From: Treponema sp. | GTDB taxonomy: Bacteria > Spirochaetota > Spirochaetia > Treponematales > Treponemataceae | DNA: 64,000 bases | NCBI GenBank assembly: GCA_016297805.1 | Contig: JAEDFX010000001.1 | Span: 4,591-68,590 of the forward strand | Reading direction: 5' to 3' | Translations under genes and position numbers: made by a program | Notes under the pieces: generated by a model | The model's database searches: none | What the model saw: the letters and a program-made list of their open reading frames with translations, nothing else | Told to the model about the DNA's origin: nothing | Shown: positions 20,716 to 30,742 of the stretch, piece by piece | Numbering within the stretch: the stretch's first letter is position 1 | How the letters are laid out: each line of letters starts with the position of its first letter

Positions 20716-21492
20716 TTAAAGATATTTCATCACATTTAAGCCATCAATTGTTTCTGAAACATCATGAACCCGTACCATAACCGCTCCTTTTTGAACCGAA
20801 AGCAAATCAGCAGCTAAAGTTCCGGCCATTCTTTCTTCAGTTGGCTTACCTGTCATTTCACCAATACAACGCTTACGGGAAAGAGCCATAAGGATTGGGT
20901 ATTTTCCATCACAAATAGCTCCTGTATTTTTTATCAGATTGATGGACTGCTCATTAGATTTTCCAAACCCAATTCCAGGATCCACAAAAATCTTTTCCAA
21001 AGGGACTCCGTGACTAATACAAAACTGAACCTGCTCTTCAAGATATTTATTTACATCTTCCAGCTCTCCAGCTCCATTGTGCATCAAAATTACACCAGAA
21101 CCAGTTCGCCCAATATATTCGGCATTTTCCACTTTTCCTGATAATGCACATACATCGTTCCAAACATCTGCACCATTTTCAAAAGCGGCTTTATATACTT
21201 CCAGTTTTGTTGTATCAATAGAAACAGGAATATTACTATTTTTTCGGATTTCTATAAGAACCGGCAGTATTCGATTAATTTCTTCTTCAGTAGAAACAGG
21301 AGTATACCCGGGACGAGTAGATTCTCCTCCAATATCAAGAACATCAGCACCTTCTTCAATCAGCTTTAAAGCTCTTTCTACCCCACCTCGGCTTCCCGAA
21401 AAAAATGAATCTGGAGTTGCATTTACAATTCCCATAACAAAAGCCGGTCTGTCTGTTTTCAAAATTTTTGAACCGAATACTACTTGCTGCAT
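20716..21492 (-). CDS. folP: dihydropteroate synthase
   Basis: MGIVNATPDSF, DIGGESTRPG, DPGIGFGK, SRKR, VRVHDV. Confidence 0.95.
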   Translation of the reverse strand: MQQVVFGSKILKTDRPAFVMGIVNATPDSFFSGSRGGVERALKLIEEGADVLDIGGESTRPGYTPVSTEEEINRILPVLIEIRKNSNIPVSIDTTKLEVYKAAFENGADVWNDVCALSGKVENAEYIGRTGSGVILMHNGAGELEDVNKYLEEQVQFCISHGVPLEKIFVDPGIGFGKSNEQSINLIKNTGAICDGKYPILMALSRKRCIGEMTGKPTEERMAGTLAADLLSVQKGAVMVRVHDVSETIDGLNVMKYL

Positions 21493-23381
21493 TGTGTAAT
21501 TGCCTTTTTTATATGATTTACATCAAGTCCCGCCATTTCAAGAACATCATTTCTTGTACCATGATTATAGAATCTGTCTTCAAATCCCAGAACTTTTGTG
21601 TTTCTAATATTATGTTCTGCAAGAATACCATTAAGATATTCACCAATTCCACCAGTAATAACTCCATCTTCCACAAAAACAACACCATAATATTTTTTTG
21701 CAATCTCAAGAAAATATGTTTCATCAAAAGGTTTAATAAATCTTAAAAGATAAATATCTGCATATTCATTTTCCATAAGAGCATTACGTACTGCCTTCTG
21801 AACTTCGGAATAAATACCACCAGTAGCAACCACAAGAATTTTTTTAGGATGATTTTCCAGCTGGTCTTCTGTAACTCCATCCACAACAAACTCTGTACAT
21901 GGTACAAGAATTCCTCTTCCCAACTCTACAGGAGTTTCAAACTGAGGAATTTCTGTAGGACATGTAAGCTTTGGATATCGGATTATAACAGATGTTCCAT
22001 TATACACTGCCCATTTAAAACAAAGCTCCATATCCTTCGCACTAGTTACAGACATAAGTTCTAAATCTGGAATTGAACGGAATAGAGCAATATCAAAAAC
22101 TCCCTGATGGGTTACACCATCATCAGGAACAGCACCTGCTCTATCCAGCATAAAAATCGCGTGAGATTTCTGCAAAGCTATATCATGAATCATCTGGTCT
22201 ACCGAACGCTGGATGAAAGTAGAATAAATACAACAAACAGGAATTTTTCCACCTTTAGCCAGTCCGCCTGCAAAGGTTACAGCATGCTCTTCAGCAATCC
22301 CTACATCAAAGAATCTCTCAGGGAATTTATGAGAAAAATTTGTAAGTCCTGTACCTTTAGCCATAGCTGCTGTAATTGCAACAATATCCTGATTTTTTTC
22401 AGCTTCTTCGGAAATTATATTACTGAAGGCTTCCGTAAAGCTGACAGTATCAAATTTTTCAACAGTACCGTCGCTGGTTTGAAAAGGACCAATTCCATGA
22501 AAAAGCTCCGGCTTGTCTTCTGCAGGACTATACCCCTTACCTTTTTTAGTAACTACATGAACAACAACAGGTCTATGAAGTTTCTTAACACGACGTAAAA
22601 CCTTCTCTAGAGCAGCTTCATTATGACCATCTAAAGGTCCAACATATTCAAAGCCTAAATCTACAAAAAGGTTATTAGTAAGTAAAAGACCTTTTAATGC
22701 TCTTTTCAGGCGGAAAATAATCTTTTCAAGTCCCCGTCCCAAATATGGAATTTTATCAATCGCCTTGTCTACTTTGTACCTAAAAGACTGATAGCGACCT
22801 GTCATAGTGAGACGACTTAAATAACGGGAAACAGAGCCTGTATTATGATCAATAGACATCTGATTATCATTCAATATAACAATAAGATTTTTATTCAGCT
22901 GACCTGCATGAGAAAGTGCTTCGTATGCCATACCGCCAGTAAGAGCACCATCTCCTATTACTGCTACAACCTTTCCAGCTTCACCATTAAGTTCTCTGGC
23001 AGTTAAAAGTCCAAGAGCAGAAGAAATAGATGTTGATGAATGACCGTGAATAAAAAAATCGTGAACACTTTCTGTAGTATTTGTGAATCCGGAAAGTCCG
23101 TCTTTTTTTCTTAAAGTAGAAAAATCTTTATATCGGCCTGTAAGGAGCTTGTGAGTATAACACTGATGACTTACATCCCATATAAAAGCATCTTTTGGAC
23201 TCTCAAAAACTCTATGCAATGCAATTGTTAATTCAACAACACCAAGATTGCTGGCAAGATGACCTCCGTTTTTTCCAACTACATCAATAATTGTTTTGCG
23301 GATTTCCTGAGCCAGCTGTTTCAACTCTTTCTGAGACATTTTTTTTAATTCTTCTGGTGAATGTATTTTTGAAAGTAAAAT
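21480..23381 (-). CDS. dxs: 1-deoxy-D-xylulose-5-phosphate synthase
   Basis: GGHLASNLG, GHSSTSIS, GDGALTGG...NDN, DVGIAEEHA, DRAG; DXS-like sequence continues upstream of ATG 23339 to a probable ATT start at 23381. Confidence 0.93.
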   Translation of the reverse strand: MLLSKIHSPEELKKMSQKELKQLAQEIRKTIIDVVGKNGGHLASNLGVVELTIALHRVFESPKDAFIWDVSHQCYTHKLLTGRYKDFSTLRKKDGLSGFTNTTESVHDFFIHGHSSTSISSALGLLTARELNGEAGKVVAVIGDGALTGGMAYEALSHAGQLNKNLIVILNDNQMSIDHNTGSVSRYLSRLTMTGRYQSFRYKVDKAIDKIPYLGRGLEKIIFRLKRALKGLLLTNNLFVDLGFEYVGPLDGHNEAALEKVLRRVKKLHRPVVVHVVTKKGKGYSPAEDKPELFHGIGPFQTSDGTVEKFDTVSFTEAFSNIISEEAEKNQDIVAITAAMAKGTGLTNFSHKFPERFFDVGIAEEHAVTFAGGLAKGGKIPVCCIYSTFIQRSVDQMIHDIALQKSHAIFMLDRAGAVPDDGVTHQGVFDIALFRSIPDLELMSVTSAKDMELCFKWAVYNGTSVIIRYPKLTCPTEIPQFETPVELGRGILVPCTEFVVDGVTEDQLENHPKKILVVATGGIYSEVQKAVRNALMENEYADIYLLRFIKPFDETYFLEIAKKYYGVVFVEDGVITGGIGEYLNGILAEHNIRNTKVLGFEDRFYNHGTRNDVLEMAGLDVNHIKKAITQCSK

Positions 23382-23410
23382 TTTACAGCCTCGATAATTA
23401 TATGATATTT

Positions 23411-23451
23411 AAAAAAAAGACCGCGTAAAACAATTAGTTTCTACGCGGTCT
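23411..23451 (-). terminator. intrinsic terminator after the bS22-like gene
   Basis: AGACCGCGTA...TACGCGGTCT stem followed by a T-tract on the minus strand. Confidence 0.75.
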
Positions 23452-23477
23452 ATGGACACATAGTTTCGACAAAAAAA

Positions 23478-23567
23478 CTACTTGCTCTTATGTCGATTAC
23501 GTCTAAGCATCTTCTTTCGCTTATGTGTCGCCATCTTCTGGCGCTTTCTTTTCTTTCCACAAGGCAT
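23478..23567 (-). CDS. small basic ribosomal protein bS22-like (AURKAIP1/COX24, mS38 family), 29 aa
   Basis: Manual translation MPCGKKRKRQKMATHKRKKMLRRNRHKSK*; SD GGAG upstream; own terminator; absent from the ORF track. Confidence 0.88.
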   Translation of the reverse strand: MPCGKKRKRQKMATHKRKKMLRRNRHKSK

Positions 23568-23624
23568 GAGGTGGCACTCCTACTTTATAAAGTGTGTTCA
23601 TTATTACAAAAAATTAATGAATGG

Positions 23625-24602
23625 TCAATAGGTTGAATACTTTGAAACAAATTTTTTTATAATATCTGATATAACTCTATAATTATCTTCAGATGCAGAA
23701 AAATCTATAATTTGACTGCCGGGAATATCACGTATATAGGTATATTGTTTTTTTGCATATTTTGTACTGTGATGTTTGATTGCTTCCCGAATCTCATCAA
23801 GATTCTCAGATTCAAACCATTCACTGTAGCCGATTGCCTTTAAGCCTGGAGTTTCTCTGTTATAGCCTTTTGATATAAGCGTTCTTACTTCCTCTTCCAA
23901 ACCATCATCAAACATTATATCAACCCGCTGACGGATTCTTTCATAAAGCACTTCTCTTTCTGGTTGAAGAACAATAAAAAGAAAATCATATTTTTCACGG
24001 AATTTCTGTTCTATCTGATAGCTGGTTCTTGTGTTTCCAGAAATATAAAAAACCTCAAGAGCACGGCAGATTCTGTATGAATCATTAACATGGATTTTTG
24101 CAGCACTTTCCGGATCAATTTTCTGCAGTTCCTGATAAAGAGCCAGATTTCCTTCTTTTTCGATACGATTCTTAAGTTCATTACGGATTTTCTCATCAGA
24201 AACTGGAGTTGGAGGAACACCATATAAAAAATTACGGATATAAAAACCAGTTCCTCCACAGACTACAGGAATTTTTCCACGGAAAAAAATATCCTTACAT
24301 GCAGCATCGGCAGCATCAACAAAATCAGAAACATTAAACTGCTGGTCAGGATTTAATATGTCTATAAGATGGTGAGGAATTTCTTTGCAAAATTCTTTTG
24401 TTGGCTTTGCTGTACCAATGTCCATTTCACGGTAAACAGCCTGAGAATCAGCACTTACAACCTCTGCATTTAAAATAAAATGACTGCCCTGAGGTGAAAA
24501 AAGTTCCCTTGTCAAGGCAGTCTTTCCAGAAGCTGTTGGTGCAAAAATCACGATTACCGGAATCTTTGCATTATCAACAATCAAATTAGTCTTTCTGATC
24601 AA
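23625..24602 (-). CDS. miaA: tRNA dimethylallyltransferase
   Basis: APTASGKT, SADSQAVYREMDIGTAKP, GGTGFY, AIGYSE; start may be TTG 24584. Confidence 0.95.
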   Translation of the reverse strand: MIRKTNLIVDNAKIPVIVIFAPTASGKTALTRELFSPQGSHFILNAEVVSADSQAVYREMDIGTAKPTKEFCKEIPHHLIDILNPDQQFNVSDFVDAADAACKDIFFRGKIPVVCGGTGFYIRNFLYGVPPTPVSDEKIRNELKNRIEKEGNLALYQELQKIDPESAAKIHVNDSYRICRALEVFYISGNTRTSYQIEQKFREKYDFLFIVLQPEREVLYERIRQRVDIMFDDGLEEEVRTLISKGYNRETPGLKAIGYSEWFESENLDEIREAIKHHSTKYAKKQYTYIRDIPGSQIIDFSASEDNYRVISDIIKKFVSKYSTY

Positions 24603-24783
24603 TTCTCATGCTTACTTTGTTTGTGAAGAGCTGTTTTGCAGCAACACATACAACCTTATCATGATTAGCTTCAATTTCTGGGTCATTAACCTTAGCCATC
24701 TGATAAGCACGAAGACTTGCAGCTACGGTTACTTCGTAAATATTTCCTTTATATGATACTAACTGTTCCAATGGGAAAACCAT
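24586..24783 (-). CDS. rpoZ: RNA polymerase omega subunit, spirochaete type
   Basis: MVFPLEQLVSYKGNIYEVTVAASLRAYQ...KVVCVAAKQL; ATG 24783 with G-rich SD. Confidence 0.75.
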   Translation of the reverse strand: MVFPLEQLVSYKGNIYEVTVAASLRAYQMAKVNDPEIEANHDKVVCVAAKQLFTNKVSMRIDQKD

Positions 24784-24809
24784 TCTATACCCCCACAATG
24801 TAATACTTC

Positions 24810-24838
24810 ATTTTAACGAGATATGTAAATAGTGTCAA
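24810..24838 (-). promoter_or_regulatory. sigma70 promoter for rpoZ-miaA
   Basis: Minus strand TTGACA (24838-24833), 17 nt, TAAAAT (24815-24810). Confidence 0.75.
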
Positions 24839-24861
24839 TGAATCTTAAAAACATGATAATA

Positions 24862-24912
24862 TAGTCACGGATGACACGGATATTAATTTTACATTCATAT
24901 AATCCGTGACTA
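24862..24912. repeat. REP-like palindrome (CACRGAT family), copy 2
   Basis: TAGTCACGGAT (24862-24872) / ATCCGTGACTA (24902-24912), perfect 11 bp; left arm nearly identical to copy 1. Confidence 0.8.
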
Positions 24913-24923
24913 AAGAACTAAAA

Positions 24924-26132
24924 TCACAAACTACTATATATCATATTTTTTATCCGTCGAGTTGGTCCTGAAGTACCTGTGTCGGTTCTTTGCATGGTCA
25001 TTACAATTGTAAGATTATTTTTGATATCTACAGAAACATAAGGTCCAAGCCAGCCATCCCATCCGAATTCTTCATAATCAGTAATTACATTTGCCTTACC
25101 AGGTTCAAATGCAACCCGAAGCAGATTGCAGTAAGTGTAGCCAGAAAGATGCGGCATTTTCTGATTGAATTTCTGCTGCAAATCATCGTGAAGTCGTGCA
25201 TGACGTAAGAAATCTACAGTTCCCTTTTTAAGAATACGCTTTCCATCCAGTTCTCCACCATTTGTAAGCATAAGGGCAAATTTCATATAATCTTCTACAG
25301 TGGAACAAAGTCCTGCTCCACCACTTTCAAAGGCTGGTGCATGATCCATTTTGTCCTGAATACCTAAATTACAATTAGTAAATGGTTCCAGCTTCTGACC
25401 ATCATCAGTTTTTACACATTTATAAACTTTTGCAAGACGATTCTGCTTTTCTGCAGGAACGTAAAAATCAGTATCTTTCATTCCAAGAGGTTCAAAAATT
25501 CTTTTTTTCATGAACTCACTTAATTTCATACCACTGACTTTTTCAATTACTGCTCCAAGAATATCTGCCGAAAGTCCATAATTATAATCAGTTCCAGGCT
25601 CAAAACTTACTGGAATCTTAGCAAGTCTTTCTGCCACATCCTGAGTAGTGATTTTATTTGGACCTGCCACATCAGCATTCAATTCCTGAATTAAATCTGA
25701 AGTAAGCTGTTCACCTAATGGACAATCCTCCGACCAGGCACCATAGGTATAACCACTGGTCATATTCAGTAAATCCTGAACAAGAATATTTTTAAAAGCC
25801 TTTTGGGGAGTTCCATTTCTACCCTTATCATAACAAATCTGAAGATTCCAGAAAGCAGGTATATAATTTGCAACTTCCTCAGCCAAATCCAATTTACCTT
25901 CTTCTACAAGAATCATTGCAGCAACACTTGTTACAGGCTTTGACATAGAATACATTCTGCAGATTGTGTCACGATTAAATGGTTTACCAGTAGAAACATC
26001 TGCCAGCCCAGACTGCCAGTAACCTACTTCCTTTCCATCTTTATAAACAAGAAGATTTGTACCAGCAAAATAATTTGATTTTACAGCATTATCCAGCACA
26101 TGCTGAATTTCTTTTAAATTCATAATATCCAT
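24924..26132 (-). CDS. serine hydrolase, beta-lactamase class C/esterase family VIII fold
   Basis: RMYSMSKP (SxxK), LLNMTSG, FEPGTDYNYG, SGGAGL, FGWDG; no signal peptide. Confidence 0.85.
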   Translation of the reverse strand: MDIMNLKEIQHVLDNAVKSNYFAGTNLLVYKDGKEVGYWQSGLADVSTGKPFNRDTICRMYSMSKPVTSVAAMILVEEGKLDLAEEVANYIPAFWNLQICYDKGRNGTPQKAFKNILVQDLLNMTSGYTYGAWSEDCPLGEQLTSDLIQELNADVAGPNKITTQDVAERLAKIPVSFEPGTDYNYGLSADILGAVIEKVSGMKLSEFMKKRIFEPLGMKDTDFYVPAEKQNRLAKVYKCVKTDDGQKLEPFTNCNLGIQDKMDHAPAFESGGAGLCSTVEDYMKFALMLTNGGELDGKRILKKGTVDFLRHARLHDDLQQKFNQKMPHLSGYTYCNLLRVAFEPGKANVITDYEEFGWDGWLGPYVSVDIKNNLTIVMTMQRTDTGTSGPTRRIKNMIYSSL

Positions 26133-26283
26133 AGCTTTATTTTATGACGTTTTATACATAAAGAAAACAATTTTTAATAATTCTAAACGTTTTTTTATTT
26201 TGGATATAATCTCTCTGTATAATTTCCCTTAAGTTAAAAATTTCATTTTATTTTATTTTGGATTTAGTATAGAATGGAAAGTT

Positions 26284-28119
26284 ATGAAGAAAACAAAGCT
26301 TGTTCTGATTAATTTGCTTATTGTTGGAATTCTTATTCCTGTTTTATATACTTTAATTGCAATTGGCTCTTTCACAAAATCCCCTAAAGTTGAGATTCAA
26401 AACAATGTAAATGCTGATGCCCCATTATTAAGAGTAGCAGCAGATTTTGACTTTTCCCCATATTCTTTTTACGATGAAAACAATCAAGTTTCCGGTTTGA
26501 ACGTTGAACTGATGAATGAAATTGCAAATCGTCTTGGAATGAAACTTGAAATTGTATTTACAGACTGGATTTCCTGTAAAAAACTGTTACAAGCAAAAGA
26601 AACAGACCTTATTCTTGGACTCGAAATATTTTCTAATCTTCAGGGAGTTTTAAAAACTATTGCAGTTTCAAAAGATCAGCTTCTTGTTTTTGGAAAAAAT
26701 GCAATTAACGATATATCTGGTCTTAAAGATAAAAAAGTTGGACTTATTACTAATTCCGTATTAGAAAAAAATTATGATTTAAACTGTGAATATGTACCAT
26801 ATTATACAAATACAGATGTTCTTGATGCCATTGAACATGGGGACATAGATTATGGTATCTGTCACGGTTCAGTTGCCAAGAAAATTCTTGAAAAAACAAA
26901 TTATAAGATTATTCCAAGTATTTCCCTTATGAATAGCTATCCTGCCATTGGTGTAAGAGATGATCTTCCAGAATTACGAGATAAAATCAATAATATTCTG
27001 ATTCAACTTGGTGACGAAGGATTTTTTACTAAGCTTGACAATAAATGGCTTATTAAGTTTACAAACAAAGTAACCGTTCAGGATGTTCTTAATTCCGATG
27101 CAAAACTTTACTTCATATATTTCATTCTTTTTCTTTTTTCCATATTCTTAACAGTTTTCTTTTTGCAGAATGATTACAGAAAAGAAATATTAATGAAAAA
27201 ATCCCTGGAATATCAGGCATCTCTAAAAAAACAGAACGATATGCTTACTTCAATTGCAAATGTTTACTTTACAGTTCACGCAATTAATCTGGTAGAAAAT
27301 TCTGTCAAAGAAATTCAATCTTCTACTCAAGCAAGACTTTATGTTAATAAAACCTATGATGCAATTACACAAATGAAAAGTGTAATACAAAATACAGTTA
27401 TTCCTGAAGATATTGAAATGGCATTGACTTTTACTGATTTGACTACATTACCACAACGAATGGAAAATAAAGACAGTATTCTTGCTGAATTCCGAGGAAC
27501 AGAAATAGGCTGGTTCTGTGCACAATTTATTGTTATGAACAGAGATGATTCTGGAAAAGTTACAGATGTTATATTTACAACTCAATCAATAGATGAAATG
27601 AAAAAAGAAAAAGAGTATCTGCTCAAGTTATCCAGATATGATGAATTAACCCGCTTGCTGAACAGACATGCTTATGAGTCAAAAATTAAAGAACTTATAG
27701 AAAATGACATTAATAAAGTCTCTGTTGTAGTTCTGGATGTAAATAGTCTTAAAGCTACAAATGATAAAATTGGACACCATGCGGGGGATGAACTTATCCG
27801 TGGTGCTGCAGATACTATTCGTGAATGCTTCAACAACATTGGCTCTTGTTACAGAGTTGGTGGAGATGAATTTTTAGTAATTATTGAAGGAGATGATATT
27901 AATCTGGAATCCATATTAGAAAATTTCAGAACTCTTATTGATAAATGGAAAGGAAATCTTGTTGATAAGCTGTCTCTTTCAATTGGTTTTGCCACATTCA
28001 ATGAAATTGAAAATTTTACTTTAACTAAATTTAGTGAATTAACAAAGCTTGCAGACAAACGTATGTATGAAGACAAAGCTCTCTATTACAATCGTTTAGG
28101 CATAGAACGAAGAAGGTAA
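26284..28119 (+). CDS. diguanylate cyclase with periplasmic amino-acid-binding (family 3 SBP) sensor
   Basis: TM, DFSPYSFYDENNQVSGLNVELM, TM, DELTRLLNR, NDKIGHHAGD, RVGGDEF. Confidence 0.9.
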   Translation: MKKTKLVLINLLIVGILIPVLYTLIAIGSFTKSPKVEIQNNVNADAPLLRVAADFDFSPYSFYDENNQVSGLNVELMNEIANRLGMKLEIVFTDWISCKKLLQAKETDLILGLEIFSNLQGVLKTIAVSKDQLLVFGKNAINDISGLKDKKVGLITNSVLEKNYDLNCEYVPYYTNTDVLDAIEHGDIDYGICHGSVAKKILEKTNYKIIPSISLMNSYPAIGVRDDLPELRDKINNILIQLGDEGFFTKLDNKWLIKFTNKVTVQDVLNSDAKLYFIYFILFLFSIFLTVFFLQNDYRKEILMKKSLEYQASLKKQNDMLTSIANVYFTVHAINLVENSVKEIQSSTQARLYVNKTYDAITQMKSVIQNTVIPEDIEMALTFTDLTTLPQRMENKDSILAEFRGTEIGWFCAQFIVMNRDDSGKVTDVIFTTQSIDEMKKEKEYLLKLSRYDELTRLLNRHAYESKIKELIENDINKVSVVVLDVNSLKATNDKIGHHAGDELIRGAADTIRECFNNIGSCYRVGGDEFLVIIEGDDINLESILENFRTLIDKWKGNLVDKLSLSIGFATFNEIENFTLTKFSELTKLADKRMYEDKALYYNRLGIERRR

Positions 28120-28272
28120 ATTTTTCATTCGGTTAAGTAAATAATATTAATTTTCTCTATTTTTTTCATAAGAAATAATTTAAACTTTTTACGGAAAATT
28201 TTGTATTCAAGAATTGAAGTAATGTACATATAATTGAAAAAAATATACAATCAAGTTAAAGGATTTACTAAA

Positions 28273-29889
28273 ATGGATAATAAAGAACTTATTTCCAGCG
28301 GAAACGCTGTATTAGGAATTGAATTCGGTTCAACACGAATTAAGGCTGTGTTGATTAATGAAAAATATGAACCAATTGCCGGAGGTTCTTACACTTGGGA
28401 AAACTCTCTTGATAACGGTATCTGGACTTACCCACTTTCACAGATTCATGAAGGTCTTCAGACTTGTTATGCAGGTTTGAAAAAAGACGTTCAGGAAAAA
28501 TATGGTGTAAAACTTACAAAATTCCGTGCTGGTGGTATTTCTGCCATGATGCACGGTTACCTTGCTTTTGATAAGGATGATAATTTACTTGTTCCATTCA
28601 GAACATGGCGCAATACAATTACTGGGGAAGCTTCATCTAAGCTTTCTGCAATGTTCAACTATCCTGTTCCAGAACGCTGGAGTGCATCACACTTCTATCA
28701 AGCAATTTTAAATAAAGAAGAACATGTTTCTAAGATTCAGAACGTTTACACATTGGCAGGATATATTCACTACATGCTTACAGGTGAAAAAGTTCTTGGT
28801 GTTGGTGATGCTTCTGGTATGTTCCCAGTTAAACTTTCTTCAGACGGAAAATCAGCTGATTATAATCCAGACTTTGCTGCTAAATTCGAAGCTTTGCCAG
28901 AAGTTAAAGCATTTGGATTTAAGCTTGCTTCTGTATTCCCTAAGGTATTGATGGCTGGTGAAGCTGCTGGTACTTTGACAGCTGCCGGTGCAAAATTCCT
29001 TGACCCAACCGGAGAACTTGAAGCTGGGATTCCATTCTGTCCTCCAGAAGGAGATGCAGGAACCGGTATGGCAGCAACAAATGCTGTTGCAGTAAAAACT
29101 GGTAACATTTCTGCAGGAACTTCTGTATTCTCAATGGTTGTTCTGGAAAAAGATCTTGCCAAAGTTTACCCTGGAATTATTGACGTTGTAACAACTCCAG
29201 ACGGACGTCCTGTTGCCATGGTTCACTGTAATAACTGTACAGGCGAACACAACTACTGGGTAAATCTTTTCAAAGAAGTTGTAGATACACTTATTCCTGA
29301 TAATAAAGTTTCAGTTGGTAAATATTACGATGAACTTATTATGAAATCTCTGGAAGCAGATAAAGACTGTGGTGGATTGCTTGCTTACAATTACCTGTCT
29401 GGTGAAACTGTAACTGGCTTTAATTCAGGCCGTCCATTGTTTGCCCGTGCTGAAAATGCAAACTTCAACATTGCAAACTTTATGCGCGTTCAGATGTTCA
29501 CTTCTCTTGGTGCTTTGCGTGCCGGAATGAACATTCTTTATGATGAAGGAGTTCCTGTAGAATCTATGTACGGAGCCGGCGGATACTTCAAGACTGAAGC
29601 AGGACTTAAATACATGGCTGCTGCAATGAAATGTACTGTAAGTGCTATGGAAACTGCCGGCGAAGGTGGTCCATGGGGTATGGCTATACTCGCAGCTTAC
29701 GCTGCTAAAAATGCGGAATGCGGAATTAAGAATGCAGAATTGGCTGAATTCTTAAATAAAGAAGTATTCGGTTCATGCAAAACAGTTTCTGCAAAACCAG
29801 AAAAAGACATTTGCGAATCCTTCGAAATCTTCTTTGAAAGATATATGAAAGGTTTGGCTATTGAAAAAGCTGCTGTGGAAAACTTGTAA
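28273..29889 (+). CDS. araB: FGGY-family pentulose kinase, probable L-ribulokinase
   Basis: LGIEFGSTRIKA, ISAMMHGY, PEGDAGTGM, GEGGPWG; adjacent to araD; ATG 28273 after AAGGA. Confidence 0.75.
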   Translation: MDNKELISSGNAVLGIEFGSTRIKAVLINEKYEPIAGGSYTWENSLDNGIWTYPLSQIHEGLQTCYAGLKKDVQEKYGVKLTKFRAGGISAMMHGYLAFDKDDNLLVPFRTWRNTITGEASSKLSAMFNYPVPERWSASHFYQAILNKEEHVSKIQNVYTLAGYIHYMLTGEKVLGVGDASGMFPVKLSSDGKSADYNPDFAAKFEALPEVKAFGFKLASVFPKVLMAGEAAGTLTAAGAKFLDPTGELEAGIPFCPPEGDAGTGMAATNAVAVKTGNISAGTSVFSMVVLEKDLAKVYPGIIDVVTTPDGRPVAMVHCNNCTGEHNYWVNLFKEVVDTLIPDNKVSVGKYYDELIMKSLEADKDCGGLLAYNYLSGETVTGFNSGRPLFARAENANFNIANFMRVQMFTSLGALRAGMNILYDEGVPVESMYGAGGYFKTEAGLKYMAAAMKCTVSAMETAGEGGPWGMAILAAYAAKNAECGIKNAELAEFLNKEVFGSCKTVSAKPEKDICESFEIFFERYMKGLAIEKAAVENL

Positions 29890-29895
29890 TTTTTC

Positions 29896-29976
29896 AGCCA
29901 CAGATAGGACGCAGATTAGACACAGATAAAATATTGAAGAATAAATCTGTGACCTATCAGTGTCCCATCTGTGGCT
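29896..29976. repeat. REP-like palindrome (CACAGAT variant), copy 3
   Basis: AGCCACAGAT / ATCTGTGGCT termini; three CACAGAT-like units at 11-nt period mirrored by three ATCTGTG-like units. Confidence 0.8.
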
Positions 29977-29999
29977 AATATTTTTATGGAGATATAAAT

Positions 30000-30716
30000 A
30001 TGACATACGAATCATTAAGAAATGAAGCTTATGAAGCTAATATGAAAATTCCAGAAAATCACCTTGCTCTTTATACTTGGGGAAATGTTTCTGCTTTTGA
30101 TAAAGATAAAGGAGTTTTCGCAATTAAACCAAGTGGAGTTCCTTATCCAGATTTGACTCCAGAATCTATGGTTATTATTGATGTTGAAGGAAATAAAGTT
30201 GACGGTTCTATGAATCCTTCTTCTGATACTCCAACTCATGCAATTTTGTACAAAAAATTTGGTCTGGAACAGGGGGCAGAAATTGGTGGTATTATTCATA
30301 CTCACTCAACTTATGCTGTAAGCTGGGCACAGGCAGTACGTTCAGTTCCATTGTTTGGAACAACACATGCTGACCACATTCAGAAGGCAGTTCCATGTAC
30401 ACCTTACCTTTCAAAAGAAGCAGTAGAATCAGACTACGAAAAAGAAACAGGCCTTTTGATTGTAAAACACTTTGCAGATTTAGGACTTAATCCAAGCGAA
30501 GTAAATATGGTATTGTGCGGTGGTCACGGACCATTTGCCTGGGGAAAGAACGCAGACAAAGCCGTTTACAACGGAACAGTTTTGGAAGAAATCTGTAAAA
30601 TGGCATTAAATACATTGGCATTGAATCCAGAACAGGCCCCACTCCCAGAATGGATTGTAAATAAGCATTACATGAGAAAACACGGCCCTAATGCTTACTA
30701 CGGTCAAGGCAAATAA
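30000..30716 (+). CDS. araD: L-ribulose-5-phosphate 4-epimerase
   Basis: YTWGNVS, IKPSGV, PSSDTPTH, HTHS, GTTHAD, KHYMRKHGPNAYYGQ. Confidence 0.95.
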   Translation: MTYESLRNEAYEANMKIPENHLALYTWGNVSAFDKDKGVFAIKPSGVPYPDLTPESMVIIDVEGNKVDGSMNPSSDTPTHAILYKKFGLEQGAEIGGIIHTHSTYAVSWAQAVRSVPLFGTTHADHIQKAVPCTPYLSKEAVESDYEKETGLLIVKHFADLGLNPSEVNMVLCGGHGPFAWGKNADKAVYNGTVLEEICKMALNTLALNPEQAPLPEWIVNKHYMRKHGPNAYYGQGK

Positions 30717-30742
30717 CGGAGAAACGTTAAAAAATAAACGCG

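Noticed and set aside
21077..22598. Short antisense or alternate-frame ORFs (e.g. 21077..21499, 22107..22598 and similar throughout the ORF track)
   Set aside because: They lie within well-supported genes and have no SD or recognisable motifs; shadow ORFs.
24924..26132. Beta-lactam resistance gene
   Set aside because: No signal peptide; SxxK family VIII esterase-like features. Resistance cannot be inferred from the fold.
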